DNA of 64,000 bases from positions 1 to 64,000 of the IMG/VR virus record IMGVR_UViG_3300049460_000150. One strand, given 5' to 3'. This DNA is from a virus. Positions 1-9,200 of this stretch are shown in pieces. The stretch's first letter is position 1. Each line of letters starts with the position of its first letter. A program made the position numbers and the translations under genes. Below the pieces are notes generated by a model. That model ran no database searches. It was not told the DNA's origin and was given only the letters and a program-made list of their open reading frames with translations.

Positions 1-3000
1 ATAAACGCCCGTGTTGGCCCCATCCATAACGTCCGCATCCCAGTTAATAAGAAACACGAAATTCGTGGCGACATTCTCTGGGATATTAACGATAATGCTC
101 CCCACCACAGGCGCGTAAGCACCGAACAAGGCATAGCCACCGTTGCCCTCAGTATATCGCGGAATGTTGACGGCTTCATTCCCAATTTTAGTGGTCGTTA
201 CGGCTTCGCCCCCGATTTTCAACGTGGACACGGACAGATTCTCAATATTTGCTTCCCTGACAACCAGGGTCCCGTCGATCACCAGCGCGCCGTTGATGCC
301 CACTGTCTGGATGCCGTTGACGACCCCAGCCACGAACGGGAAGCGAGTTACCTGCCCAGGCAAACCGAAGGCGAATTGGTCAGCGCGGATGATGAAAGCC
401 GAGCTATGCCCAGTGTCGCCACTTGGGTAGACGGAAAGACCGAAGCCAGCGATGTATCCATTCGCATCAATCTTGATCGAATACTGACCGTACAAACCGC
501 TGTTGACAGAGGCTTGCGTTTGAAACTGCTGTTCCATCGAAATACCGCTGTTCGCCGACCCATTAATCCTGGAGTAAACGTTGTACACAAGTCGAGCCGC
601 AGCGGAGCCAGAAGTGGCACTGACATCGTTGAGCGCGGCCACACCCGCAATCGCCACAGGCAAACCAGTATTAACGTCGTTGACCTGGGCCTTGACCGAG
701 GCGAGGGCTTGCGCGTTAGCTGAAGTGGAACCAGCCGATACGTTGTTGATCGCTGTAATCGCCGCCGCCGACGCTGCTACACCCGTTTGTGCATTGTTCA
801 CCGTGGCGGTCACGGAGGCGAGCTGCTGCGCACTAGCTGAAGACGAACCAGCCGAGATGTTATTGATAGCCAAGATGGCCGCAGAATTCCCCGCCACGGT
901 GCTGTTTAATTGCGTTACCTGCGTAGCCGTGCTGGCTCCGCTCAGAATCTCAGCTTGCAACTTACTGAAAATAGAGGTAGGACTTGGACCGTCGATCAGG
1001 TCGATGCGCGTCGTCAAGTCGTTCGCCAACTGGGTCGCGCTAATCTTACCCTGCAAGATAGCCAGGATGGCACTTGGGTCCGTCGAAGTTGTCGCGGATT
1101 TTGGCGTAGAGAAGGGGCTAAAGTTACCACTGGTGTCTTTGACGCGAACCCAGTAGAAGATTTGAACGCCAGCGTTTAGGGCCAGATGTGTCCAGTTGTT
1201 CGTCGGATAAGCCAGCTCGGACAACTTGACCGCAGAGGCCAGTGTATTGACCGTGCTGCCCCAGATTTCAATCAGGCGGGTATCTGTGGCTGGGCTATAG
1301 GTCCAGCTCAACAGCAGTTGGAAGATGCCAGAAGTGACGTTGAAAAGCGTCACATTAGCTGGCACCTTCTGCTTGCCAATCACGACGTAATCGTTGATGG
1401 TCGCCCAGGCAGAGGCGTTACCGGCTGGGTCGATGGAGGCCACGCGCAGCGAATAGTGCGCGCCTGGAGTCACTGGGACGATGTACTGTTCTGTACCAGA
1501 TGGGTGGAGCGTCTGCCATGCCTCGTCATCGGCCAGCTTGTATTGCAGGACGTAGCCACTCACAACGCTGCCGAAAGGCTTGCGCCATGTGGTAAGGATG
1601 CGCGACAGCACCTCGCCTGTCGGAAGGACCAGCAGTTGGTCATCACCACTTTGGGCTTTGAAGTTGGAAGGCTGACCCGGCAGGAAAGGCTGCTGATAGC
1701 TGTACTGAGGTTCGGTGATCGGTGTGCCAGATTCGGACAGCACGTATTTGTTACGGTTGATCTCCATCGCGGAGACCTTGAAGACGTAAGGCGAACCATC
1801 TACTTCTTCCAGTGCCATGACGCGGAAAGGTTTACCAAGGCCGAACCCTTGGTTTGGTTCCTCCAAAGTGAATACGGCGTAGCGTGGCAGATTGTCAGGC
1901 AGCGGAGCGCCCACAAGGCGGAGGCGCGTGAGGTGGCCGATTTGCTCAGGCTCTACGTCAACATCAAGGATGCCAGTCTGGGTCTGAATCTTGACCGTGT
2001 AGGTCTTCAACGTTTCGATGTAAATCGGATCGCGGAAATTGATGAAGTCTTCGTCGTAAGTCGTCAAGCGGCCAGAGGTTGACCAGCCCATGTCTGGGTC
2101 GGCAATTAATATCACATCGTAAAGGCTCAACAACGCGCCCTGACGCGCGGTGTCAAAAGAGACCATGGTGGTCTCTGTCAGTGCGGAGATCAGGCGCACT
2201 TGCGCACGCGACACGGCCTCGTGGATATTAGTGCAGCCGACAGCGATGAAATCAAGCGGAATGCGCCCGTTCTTTGCGATGTCATCTTCGCTGGTCGTAA
2301 CGTTCGGAATGCGTCGGCTATCCTCTGCCCAGTCCAGGTCCGGGTTGATAAACGTCACTGAGATGTCATTTGCCCTGGCCGTGATGTCGGTGAAGGTGTA
2401 GTTAAAACCCTCCGCCGTCACGTTCTCTGGTGTGAACATTTGAACCGCTGGGTCGTCCTTGTCCACGCGGAGGTGGATTTGACCCTGCAAATCGTCCCAC
2501 ACGAGGCCGTTAAAGGAGCCAGCCACGTACTGCAATTGTTCCATTGCAGGGCGTGGCTCTAGGATCAAGTCGTTGAACGTGAAACGCGGACGCATCTGGT
2601 CGGTGTCACCCACGCGGACAGGCTCGTCGCACCAGCGGGCCGCTTCGTAGAACACGAAACGGTTAGCGTCGATGTAGCGTCGATGCTTCGCCAGACCGTA
2701 GCGTGGATTGGTGATGAGATCGTACAGAATCCAGACGCCATTGTTGGTCCAGGCAAACTTGAAGGAACCGTCCCATGGTACGGAGTCATCATACAGGCGC
2801 AAGTCTGGGTTATAATTGGTCGGCACGCGCACGATCAAACCATCATACACACCTGAGAACTCCGGGATGGACGAGAACTGCCCGTTAGCTACGCCAAGGC
2901 CGTGGACGATTGCGGTGTCGGGATAGGTCAGCTTTTCCTTGTTCGTGCATTGGAAGCTTTCCCACTGCAACTCAACTACATCTGACGTGTCACCATCAGG

Positions 3001-3609
3001 GCTTAGTTTCATGACGCGGATGTCCCAATCATCCTGTATGCGTGGGACATCTTTTCGGAACTCCTTAATGGTGCCGCCAGAGGTCTTGCCGGTGATGCCA
3101 GTTGCGGAGAACGAGCCGACGAATGGAAGCCATTCGGTGCTTGACGACTGCTTATACTCCAGCGTGAAACGTGCGGTATTATAGGTCGTGCCGCCGTCTG
3201 ATTTCACCTTGACCAGACGGGCGAACAAGATGCGTACTTCCAGTTGGTCGATGGAATTGCGGAGCGTGCTGCTGGTCTGACGTGTGATCGACACGTTTTG
3301 CATCATCGAAACCGAAACCGCCGTGCTCGAACTTACGCCACCAAGTTTCAAGTCCAGAGGGCGTGCTGAACCATCTGGATAGCCAGGGTGGACGCCGATA
3401 GCGAATTTATCGAAGTTGCGAGTACCAGAGGGGCTAACCAGCGGGGTGTCCCCGACCATGAAGGACTTGGCCCCCTCCGCGAGTCCACGGATGGGGCCTT
3501 CTGAGACAGCAAGAGCGAACTCAATTATGTCTTCCGATTTCAGGTTGTCGTCAACCTGGGTAGGGGCGCTAGGCCCACCACCCGCTCCTGCAAAGAGGTT
3601 TTTATCCAT
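1..3609 (-). CDS. Tail tip/host-specificity protein, lambda J-like; runs off the left edge (partial)
   Basis: Absent from the ORF track, consistent with no stop codon inside the window. ATG at 3609 reads MDKNLFAGAGGGPSAPTQVDDNLKSEDIIEFALAVSEGPIRGL, matching the J-family SEGPIxGL start. The C-terminal region NGYIAGFGL...FIIRADQFAF resembles DUF1983. Both ends are in the same frame; I did not translate every codon between them. Confidence 0.88.
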   Translation of the reverse strand, partial: MDKNLFAGAGGGPSAPTQVDDNLKSEDIIEFALAVSEGPIRGLAEGAKSFMVGDTPLVSPSGTRNFDKFAIGVHPGYPDGSARPLDLKLGGVSSSTAVSVSMMQNVSITRQTSSTLRNSIDQLEVRILFARLVKVKSDGGTTYNTARFTLEYKQSSSTEWLPFVGSFSATGITGKTSGGTIKEFRKDVPRIQDDWDIRVMKLSPDGDTSDVVELQWESFQCTNKEKLTYPDTAIVHGLGVANGQFSSIPEFSGVYDGLIVRVPTNYNPDLRLYDDSVPWDGSFKFAWTNNGVWILYDLITNPRYGLAKHRRYIDANRFVFYEAARWCDEPVRVGDTDQMRPRFTFNDLILEPRPAMEQLQYVAGSFNGLVWDDLQGQIHLRVDKDDPAVQMFTPENVTAEGFNYTFTDITARANDISVTFINPDLDWAEDSRRIPNVTTSEDDIAKNGRIPLDFIAVGCTNIHEAVSRAQVRLISALTETTMVSFDTARQGALLSLYDVILIADPDMGWSTSGRLTTYDEDFINFRDPIYIETLKTYTVKIQTQTGILDVDVEPEQIGHLTRLRLVGAPLPDNLPRYAVFTLEEPNQGFGLGKPFRVMALEEVDGSPYVFKVSAMEINRNKYVLSESGTPITEPQYSYQQPFLPGQPSNFKAQSGDDQLLVLPTGEVLSRILTTWRKPFGSVVSGYVLQYKLADDEAWQTLHPSGTEQYIVPVTPGAHYSLRVASIDPAGNASAWATINDYVVIGKQKVPANVTLFNVTSGIFQLLLSWTYSPATDTRLIEIWGSTVNTLASAVKLSELAYPTNNWTHLALNAGVQIFYWVRVKDTSGNFSPFSTPKSATTSTDPSAILAILQGKISATQLANDLTTRIDLIDGPSPTSIFSKLQAEILSGASTATQVTQLNSTVAGNSAAILAINNISAGSSSASAQQLASVTATVNNAQTGVAASAAAITAINNVSAGSTSANAQALASVKAQVNDVNTGLPVAIAGVAALNDVSATSGSAAARLVYNVYSRINGSANSGISMEQQFQTQASVNSGLYGQYSIKIDANGYIAGFGLSVYPSGDTGHSSAFIIRADQFAFGLPGQVTRFPFVAGVVNGIQTVGINGALVIDGTLVVREANIENLSVSTLKIGGEAVTTTKIGNEAVNIPRYTEGNGGYALFGAYAPVVGSIIVNIPENVATNFVFLINWDADVMDGANTGVY

Positions 3610-4510
3610 AGTTTTGAGTGAATGCGATTGAGGTGCCAGCGATAGGCAGATTGGCCGTTTCGCCGCCAAGCAGCGTGGCTTGCGTTACGACGCCAGCCGA
3701 CAGAATACTGACGTGCAATGTCTGCCCGGTGGCGAAGTTCAAATCGTACTCACCAGCAGTCAGCGTGATAGGGTTAAAGTTGATGAAGGTTTGGAACTCT
3801 TCTTCTAACGTTGCAGGGTACGAGATTCCAGTGAACAGACTGGTCGGCTGTTTGTACGTCTGTGCTGGCGTACCCATCGGCAGGTCGGGAGGCGCGGCGC
3901 TGTAGTTCAACTCTCCGTTGTCTGTGAATGGCGAGCTGTACCACGCGGCGGGGGCGCTATCGAACAAGCCAGCGTCGGTGTCAAACGAGATGTACTGACC
4001 GTAGGCTTTGCGACGACCGTAGATCATTGGAATGCGCGTACCAATTGCCACGGTGTTTCGACCGTTGCCCAGGTAGCGGGATTTTTCTGCTGTTGAGCTG
4101 TTGATTGAAGGCTGGGGAGCCAGCAGTTGCATGACCCCTCCCAGGATCATCATGGCCCCGGCCAAGTACATGGAACCTGTGGCGGAAAGACCGCCAGAGG
4201 CGGTCAAGGATGCGCCGCCTGAAATGTAGGCGGCAGCAATGATGATGATCCCGATGATGATTTGTCCGACGCCTGGGCGTCCGGCACCAGCCATCACCGG
4301 ATGAACGTGCAGCTCCCCTACTTCCCTCCGTTCAAAGATGGCATCGGCAGAGTCGAAGCCTTCGACCCTGACCATGTGGCGTCCGTTGACAGGTTTAAGT
4401 GCCGGGATCAGCGCCAGGGATTGCAGCGCTTCGGCGGCAGAATTGGCTTCAACCCGGATCGGTTCCGGGTGAAGGCTCTGGAGGTATCCGTGTAGGATTA
4501 TCGTTGTCAT
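3602..4510 (-). CDS. Tail assembly protein, lambda I-like, with C-terminal extension
   Basis: Ubiquitin-like N-terminus, Gly-rich hydrophobic middle and an IPMIYG motif; lies directly before J. Start moved to MTTIILHG (4510). Confidence 0.8.
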   Translation of the reverse strand: MTTIILHGYLQSLHPEPIRVEANSAAEALQSLALIPALKPVNGRHMVRVEGFDSADAIFERREVGELHVHPVMAGAGRPGVGQIIIGIIIIAAAYISGGASLTASGGLSATGSMYLAGAMMILGGVMQLLAPQPSINSSTAEKSRYLGNGRNTVAIGTRIPMIYGRRKAYGQYISFDTDAGLFDSAPAAWYSSPFTDNGELNYSAAPPDLPMGTPAQTYKQPTSLFTGISYPATLEEEFQTFINFNPITLTAGEYDLNFATGQTLHVSILSAGVVTQATLLGGETANLPIAGTSIAFTQNYG

Positions 4511-4838
4511 GGTGGCCGTTTTGGAGTCTTTCGCGTACGGCGAGTATATCACCTGACATTTCGAAACACCATATTTCAGAGGCCGATACCACGTAATGGC
4601 GGAGGCGCGGATGAGCCATGAACGCCTTGTAATCCGCCACCGTCAAATTAGGACCAGTGCGCGGGTGCGTATGCCATGTTGCCACAACATCCAGGTTAAA
4701 AAGCAGCTCGTTTTGAATGGCGAAATTGTCCATTGGGTCCGGGTGCAAGTTGCGTAATTCGATGACCCTGCCGTCGCTCATAACTATGCCGCAACGCTCT
4801 GGCCCATTTGGGTCATGGAATTCTTTTAAGTTTTGCAT
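4449..4838 (-). CDS. JAB/Mov34-type protein (one half of lambda K-like function)
   Basis: ERCG near the N-terminus and the WHTHP-x6-T-x2-D JAB motif; tail tip context. Confidence 0.8.
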   Translation of the reverse strand: MQNLKEFHDPNGPERCGIVMSDGRVIELRNLHPDPMDNFAIQNELLFNLDVVATWHTHPRTGPNLTVADYKAFMAHPRLRHYVVSASEIWCFEMSGDILAVRERLQNGHHDNDNPTRIPPEPSPGTDPG

Positions 4839-5301
4839 GGATATGCTCCGGTAAGATGTCCATCATGTCAGTCGTTGGGTAAGCTGTGCCAGCCATGGGT
4901 GTGGTCGCAGGGTGGCGGATGATCGCCAGCAGGCGGGCTTTCCACTTATCCATGAGTGCGTCTTCTGTCGAGAAACGCCCCATGATATGGTGGATAAACA
5001 TGCCGTTGCCGACATAGCAGCCGACGTGGTTAGCCTTCCCATTTATGAGAGAAAATACGAGGCCGTCGCCAACGCGCAAGATGCGTGTGTTGAGGCCCAT
5101 GTTCTCCCATCCATCGTGAGAGATGAACTGGTCGATCAAGTTCATCTCTTTGTCGTCCCACCAGCCTTCGGGCCGAGCGGCGTTGACAATAGTGATGCCG
5201 AACACGTCCTGGTAGTAGCGACGGGCCAGCCCGTAACAGTCGTCTACACCAGACTTGTATGCAATACCAAGCAGGTGTTTGTAGTTGGCATGAAGTCCCA
5301 T
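4813..5301 (-). CDS. NlpC/P60 family tail assembly protein (other half of lambda K-like function)
   Basis: DCYGL catalytic Cys motif and NHVGCYVGNGMFIHH. Confidence 0.88.
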   Translation of the reverse strand: MGLHANYKHLLGIAYKSGVDDCYGLARRYYQDVFGITIVNAARPEGWWDDKEMNLIDQFISHDGWENMGLNTRILRVGDGLVFSLINGKANHVGCYVGNGMFIHHIMGRFSTEDALMDKWKARLLAIIRHPATTPMAGTAYPTTDMMDILPEHIHAKLKRIP

Positions 5302-5798
5302 TATCGAAGGCTCACAGTTGGAAAATCAGGTGGATAAAAACTACGGGCTGGCAGACTGAAATTAACGCCGTCGATGGTGGACCTTAGCTCGAAAACAGCC
5401 ACGTCTTTATTAAGGTTCACAACCTTGGACAGAACCCAGATGTTTTTCGTGTAGGCGTTGACGCCAGCTTCCAGGTCTGACAGCAGCGCACGGTAACGGG
5501 TGATAATGGCCCCGTCAGTCTTGCCAGATTCAATCCAGGTTGAGAAGATACCAGCAGGGTTCAACACCGTGAACTTTGGACGTGACTGTTCACCTGTGGA
5601 GTTCTGGGAGTTCTCCGATAGCTTGCATGGCAGCGTTTCCCAGGTGTGGTCTAGCCAGTCGTATTGGTTGTGCGGCGTGATGTACATTGTTGCGTCGTCT
5701 TCGGAGGCGAATTCGATCTTATAGAACTCTCGGATGCCACGGGATTCCAGCTCGAAAGCGTCGAACTGCTGAGAAATAGGAATCTTCTGATTTATCAT
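5301..5798 (-). CDS. Minor tail protein, lambda L-like (short form)
   Basis: Position between the M-like and K-like genes; QSRPKFTV and VFELRS motifs. Confidence 0.7.
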   Translation of the reverse strand: MINQKIPISQQFDAFELESRGIREFYKIEFASEDDATMYITPHNQYDWLDHTWETLPCKLSENSQNSTGEQSRPKFTVLNPAGIFSTWIESGKTDGAIITRYRALLSDLEAGVNAYTKNIWVLSKVVNLNKDVAVFELRSTIDGVNFSLPARSFYPPDFPTVSLR

Positions 5799-6232
5799 GG
5801 CATATCCTCGTACTCAATTTGAATCAGATCGGTCTCACCGGAACTGCCGATTCCAGGCATCTCGACAAGCTCTATTTCTATGTTCTCTACCACCCCATTG
5901 CCGCCCTCTTTTCCCTCTGGGATTTTCAGCGGCTTGTTGAAGCGGCATGAGAGTGGGCCGTACACCGGATGATTATAGGTGAACGTTGCGTGCAGCTTGT
6001 GAAGGCCGTAGAAGTCGTCCAGAAGTGCAAGGTTGTACTCTGGGTGGACGCTGCGGTCAATGGACCCATTAACTACGAAGTATTGCATGGCCTTAAACTT
6101 CAAACGGAAAATCCGTTGGTCGGGCGCGGTGGGAGGCGCGGAGAATTCATACGCCCCACCAAGGCGAACCCTGGTGGAGCTTTCAGGGTTCTCAGTGCTG
6201 AAAGTATGGTATGGAAAATTGAGAGTAGCCAT
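5795..6232 (-). CDS. Distal/minor tail protein, lambda M-like
   Basis: Directly after the tape measure gene; VRLGGAYE and FTYNHP motifs; 145 aa. Confidence 0.65.
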   Translation of the reverse strand: MATLNFPYHTFSTENPESSTRVRLGGAYEFSAPPTAPDQRIFRLKFKAMQYFVVNGSIDRSVHPEYNLALLDDFYGLHKLHATFTYNHPVYGPLSCRFNKPLKIPEGKEGGNGVVENIEIELVEMPGIGSSGETDLIQIEYEDMP

Positions 6233-6239
6233 GGTTGTT

Positions 6240-9200
6240 TTATACCTGATTTAACACGACTTGTTTAATGAGCTTCTTCACCTGTCCACCACGGCTGATG
6301 TCGTCGGTGATAACAGCGATGATATCCTTCGGACCAGTGGAGTTAGGCTTCTGGTCTGGACTTACAACCCACACGTTGACGACTGAGCTATCTTCCTTTT
6401 TAGCGGAGGGGACCTTCGGCGAAGAGGATGATACCACCGAATTCGCAGCGCTGTTAAGCGAATGCAGGTAGTCAGTGCCTACCGCATCCGTTGCCGTCCT
6501 GTTCAATACGAACTCCCCAGGCATCAGCATGGTAGGCACGGAGTCGCGGCCTGAAATGCCACCAGTAACAGGCCCACCACGGGCCATGCCTTTAACACGC
6601 TGAATCCCGCCTGGGACAATCAAGCCACCTGTTGCAGCCATGAGCGAGAAGTCAGCTCCTATCTGGCTGGTCGTACCTACGTCGGCTCCGGCGACTCCAC
6701 TACCAGCGCCTACACCGAAGCCAAGCAAACCGAACAAACCTTTCACGGCTTGCAGGGCCAGGGCTTGGGCCAGGATGTCGATCATGGCTTTGATGACGCC
6801 CAGTGACATATCCTTGAACGCGGACTTGACCGACTTGGTGCCAGTGACGACAGCGGCGAAGGCATTGCCCAGTTGGCCCGTCACGGAGCCAAGCACGCTT
6901 GAGAGGCCATCGCCCACGACCTTGACCACGTTCATCTGACCCACGGTTGCCTGATACTTAGCCCACACTTCATCGAGCTTATTCAGCAGGTTGTCTAGAG
7001 TGAGTTCTTGAGGCAAAGCTTCTGTGTTCTCCTGGGCCTTCTTCTGGATGTTGAAATTGTCCACTTGGAGCTTCTGCTTCTCGCTACGAGCCGAGCGCAG
7101 ATCGCGGAAACTATCCGTCATTACTTTTTCTTGCACGTTGAGCTGGGATTGCAACTCGGCTTTGACCTTCGTGTCAGTCTCAGTCAGCAGCTTGTCGCCA
7201 AGTTCTTTTACCAGCGCTTTTGACTCTTTGTATTTCGTTGTCAGCAAACCGATCTGGCCTGTGGTGGCATCACCGTATTCGGCCAACGCTTTTTCGTTCT
7301 CTTCCAACTCGATCTTGGTAGACTCTACAATCAGGCGGTTGCGGCGCTGATTCAGGGTCTCACGAATCGAGGCCGAAACGCCACCAGCCGACAGTGTGCT
7401 TTCATTGCCAGAGTTGGTCGTGGTGCGGGACGAGCTGGTGCCGCGACTGCCAGCGGTAACGCCATTTGGGCCGAACGTGGCGTTGTCGTAGGTGACGGTG
7501 GATTTCGAATCGGATTTAACCTTCTTTCCAGTGGCGATTGCAAGCTCAACTTCGCGCAGTTCTTGCTGGGCGGCGAAGACACGATCTTCGCTGTCCAATT
7601 TGTCCTCTGCAATCTTACGCTTGGACTCGTTGATTTTCTTCGTTACCGTGTCGAGACGATTCATCGCGGATTCTATCAACGAAATGAAGCTGTCAGCGAA
7701 GGTATTAATCTTCGAGTCTTCGGACTCGGCCAGAGCGTTCATTTCGAGACGATGTGCGAGGTCGCCGGTCTTCTTGTCATAACCCGGTTGTTCTGACTCA
7801 TATTTCTGCTTTGAGGCCAGCGCGGCGAGACGCTTCTTCTTAGCGTCGAATTTAGCCTCAATGGCCGCATCCATCAGCTTGCCAACTTCGTCCATCGTCT
7901 GAGCGGTCTTGATGGCGGCGCGGTCTTCGTTGGCTTCGGCGTCGGCGGCATCAGCCTGGACGCGCAAGGAACGTTCCGAAAGATTCTCGTTCAATCGAGC
8001 GCCAGGAGCGGCACGGACTTTGCGGTCGTCAATGTTCTGCTTGCGTTGCTCTGCGATGGCGCGCAGTTCTTCTTCATTGTCTTGAATCTTAGCAGCGCTG
8101 GTTAGGCCACGGTTCTTGAACGCGATTTCGTTATCGAACAACTGATCTTCGATCTCCTTCTGACGGGTCTTGTCACCCTTCATCTTGGCGTTCTTTTCTT
8201 GCTCTTGCAGCAGCCGCTTGGTGTGGTTGTAGGCGAGCTGCGCGTCGTCCTTCGAATCGTCCGCTGCGCGGAGGAATTCGTTTTTCTCTTTTTCAGAGCG
8301 TGCATTGACGAGCGCTTTCGCGGTGTCAAACGTGTCCTTGTCAATCTTGCCGGAGTTCTTCAATTCGGTGATAAGTTTGACGCGCTCTGCGTAAATCTTT
8401 TGGCGCGTCTCGTACTCATCTTTCACCAGCTCGTAGACCTTGACCGGATTGCTCTCTTCTTTCTGTCCAGAGGCTTCAAGCGCCAGCTCGGTTAAATTAC
8501 CAACTCGTGGGAGGCTTTCTTCGAACGTGCGCGTCTTACCTTTCACGGCACCGAAACGGCCAGACTCGTTGAAGTCCTTAAAGGCTTGGGTACGGTTCAA
8601 CGTCCCTTGAAGACCGCCCAGCTCTGAGCGGGTGGCATTTACATCAGACAGATTCTTGACGACTTCGCCAAGCTTATCGGCCACGGATTGGAATCGGTCG
8701 GCTACGCTCTCGGCCCCGCCACGGTTCGAGATGTCGGATGACTTACGTTGCAGCAGGATACGGGCGCTGGAGAGTTGTCCAAGATTCCCCGTGCTTCCTT
8801 CCCGCAATTGGGACAAGGCGGTCTCCAAAATCTGACGCTCGGAGGCAGTGAAATTGCCCTGGCTGGAACCGATGGCGGATTGAAGGTCACGGGTGAGGCC
8901 ATTGCCTGCCGTGCCGAACGTGCCTTTCGACTTGTCCAGTGACTCCTTCAGCTTCTCGGTTTGAGCCTCCAAAAGCTTCTCGTTGTCGGCAATGGCACTT
9001 TCAAGACTCTGCTTGCGTACTTCCTCCATTTCTTTCTTGAGCTTTTTCAGCGAGTCAATCATGCGATCAAAGCTCAAGGTCGCGGTGTCTGCCGCGTAAC
9101 CGTTCGCGCCGAACTGATTAGTCAGTGCAAGATTCTCTGCGGTCAGAGCGTTTGTGCCGTCCCCCAAGGAGCCTTGTTTATAGGTCAGTTCCTCAATCTT

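Noticed and set aside
143-3631. Plus-strand ORFs in the ORF track
   Set aside because: They are antisense shadows of the J-like tail tip gene, which the track does not list.
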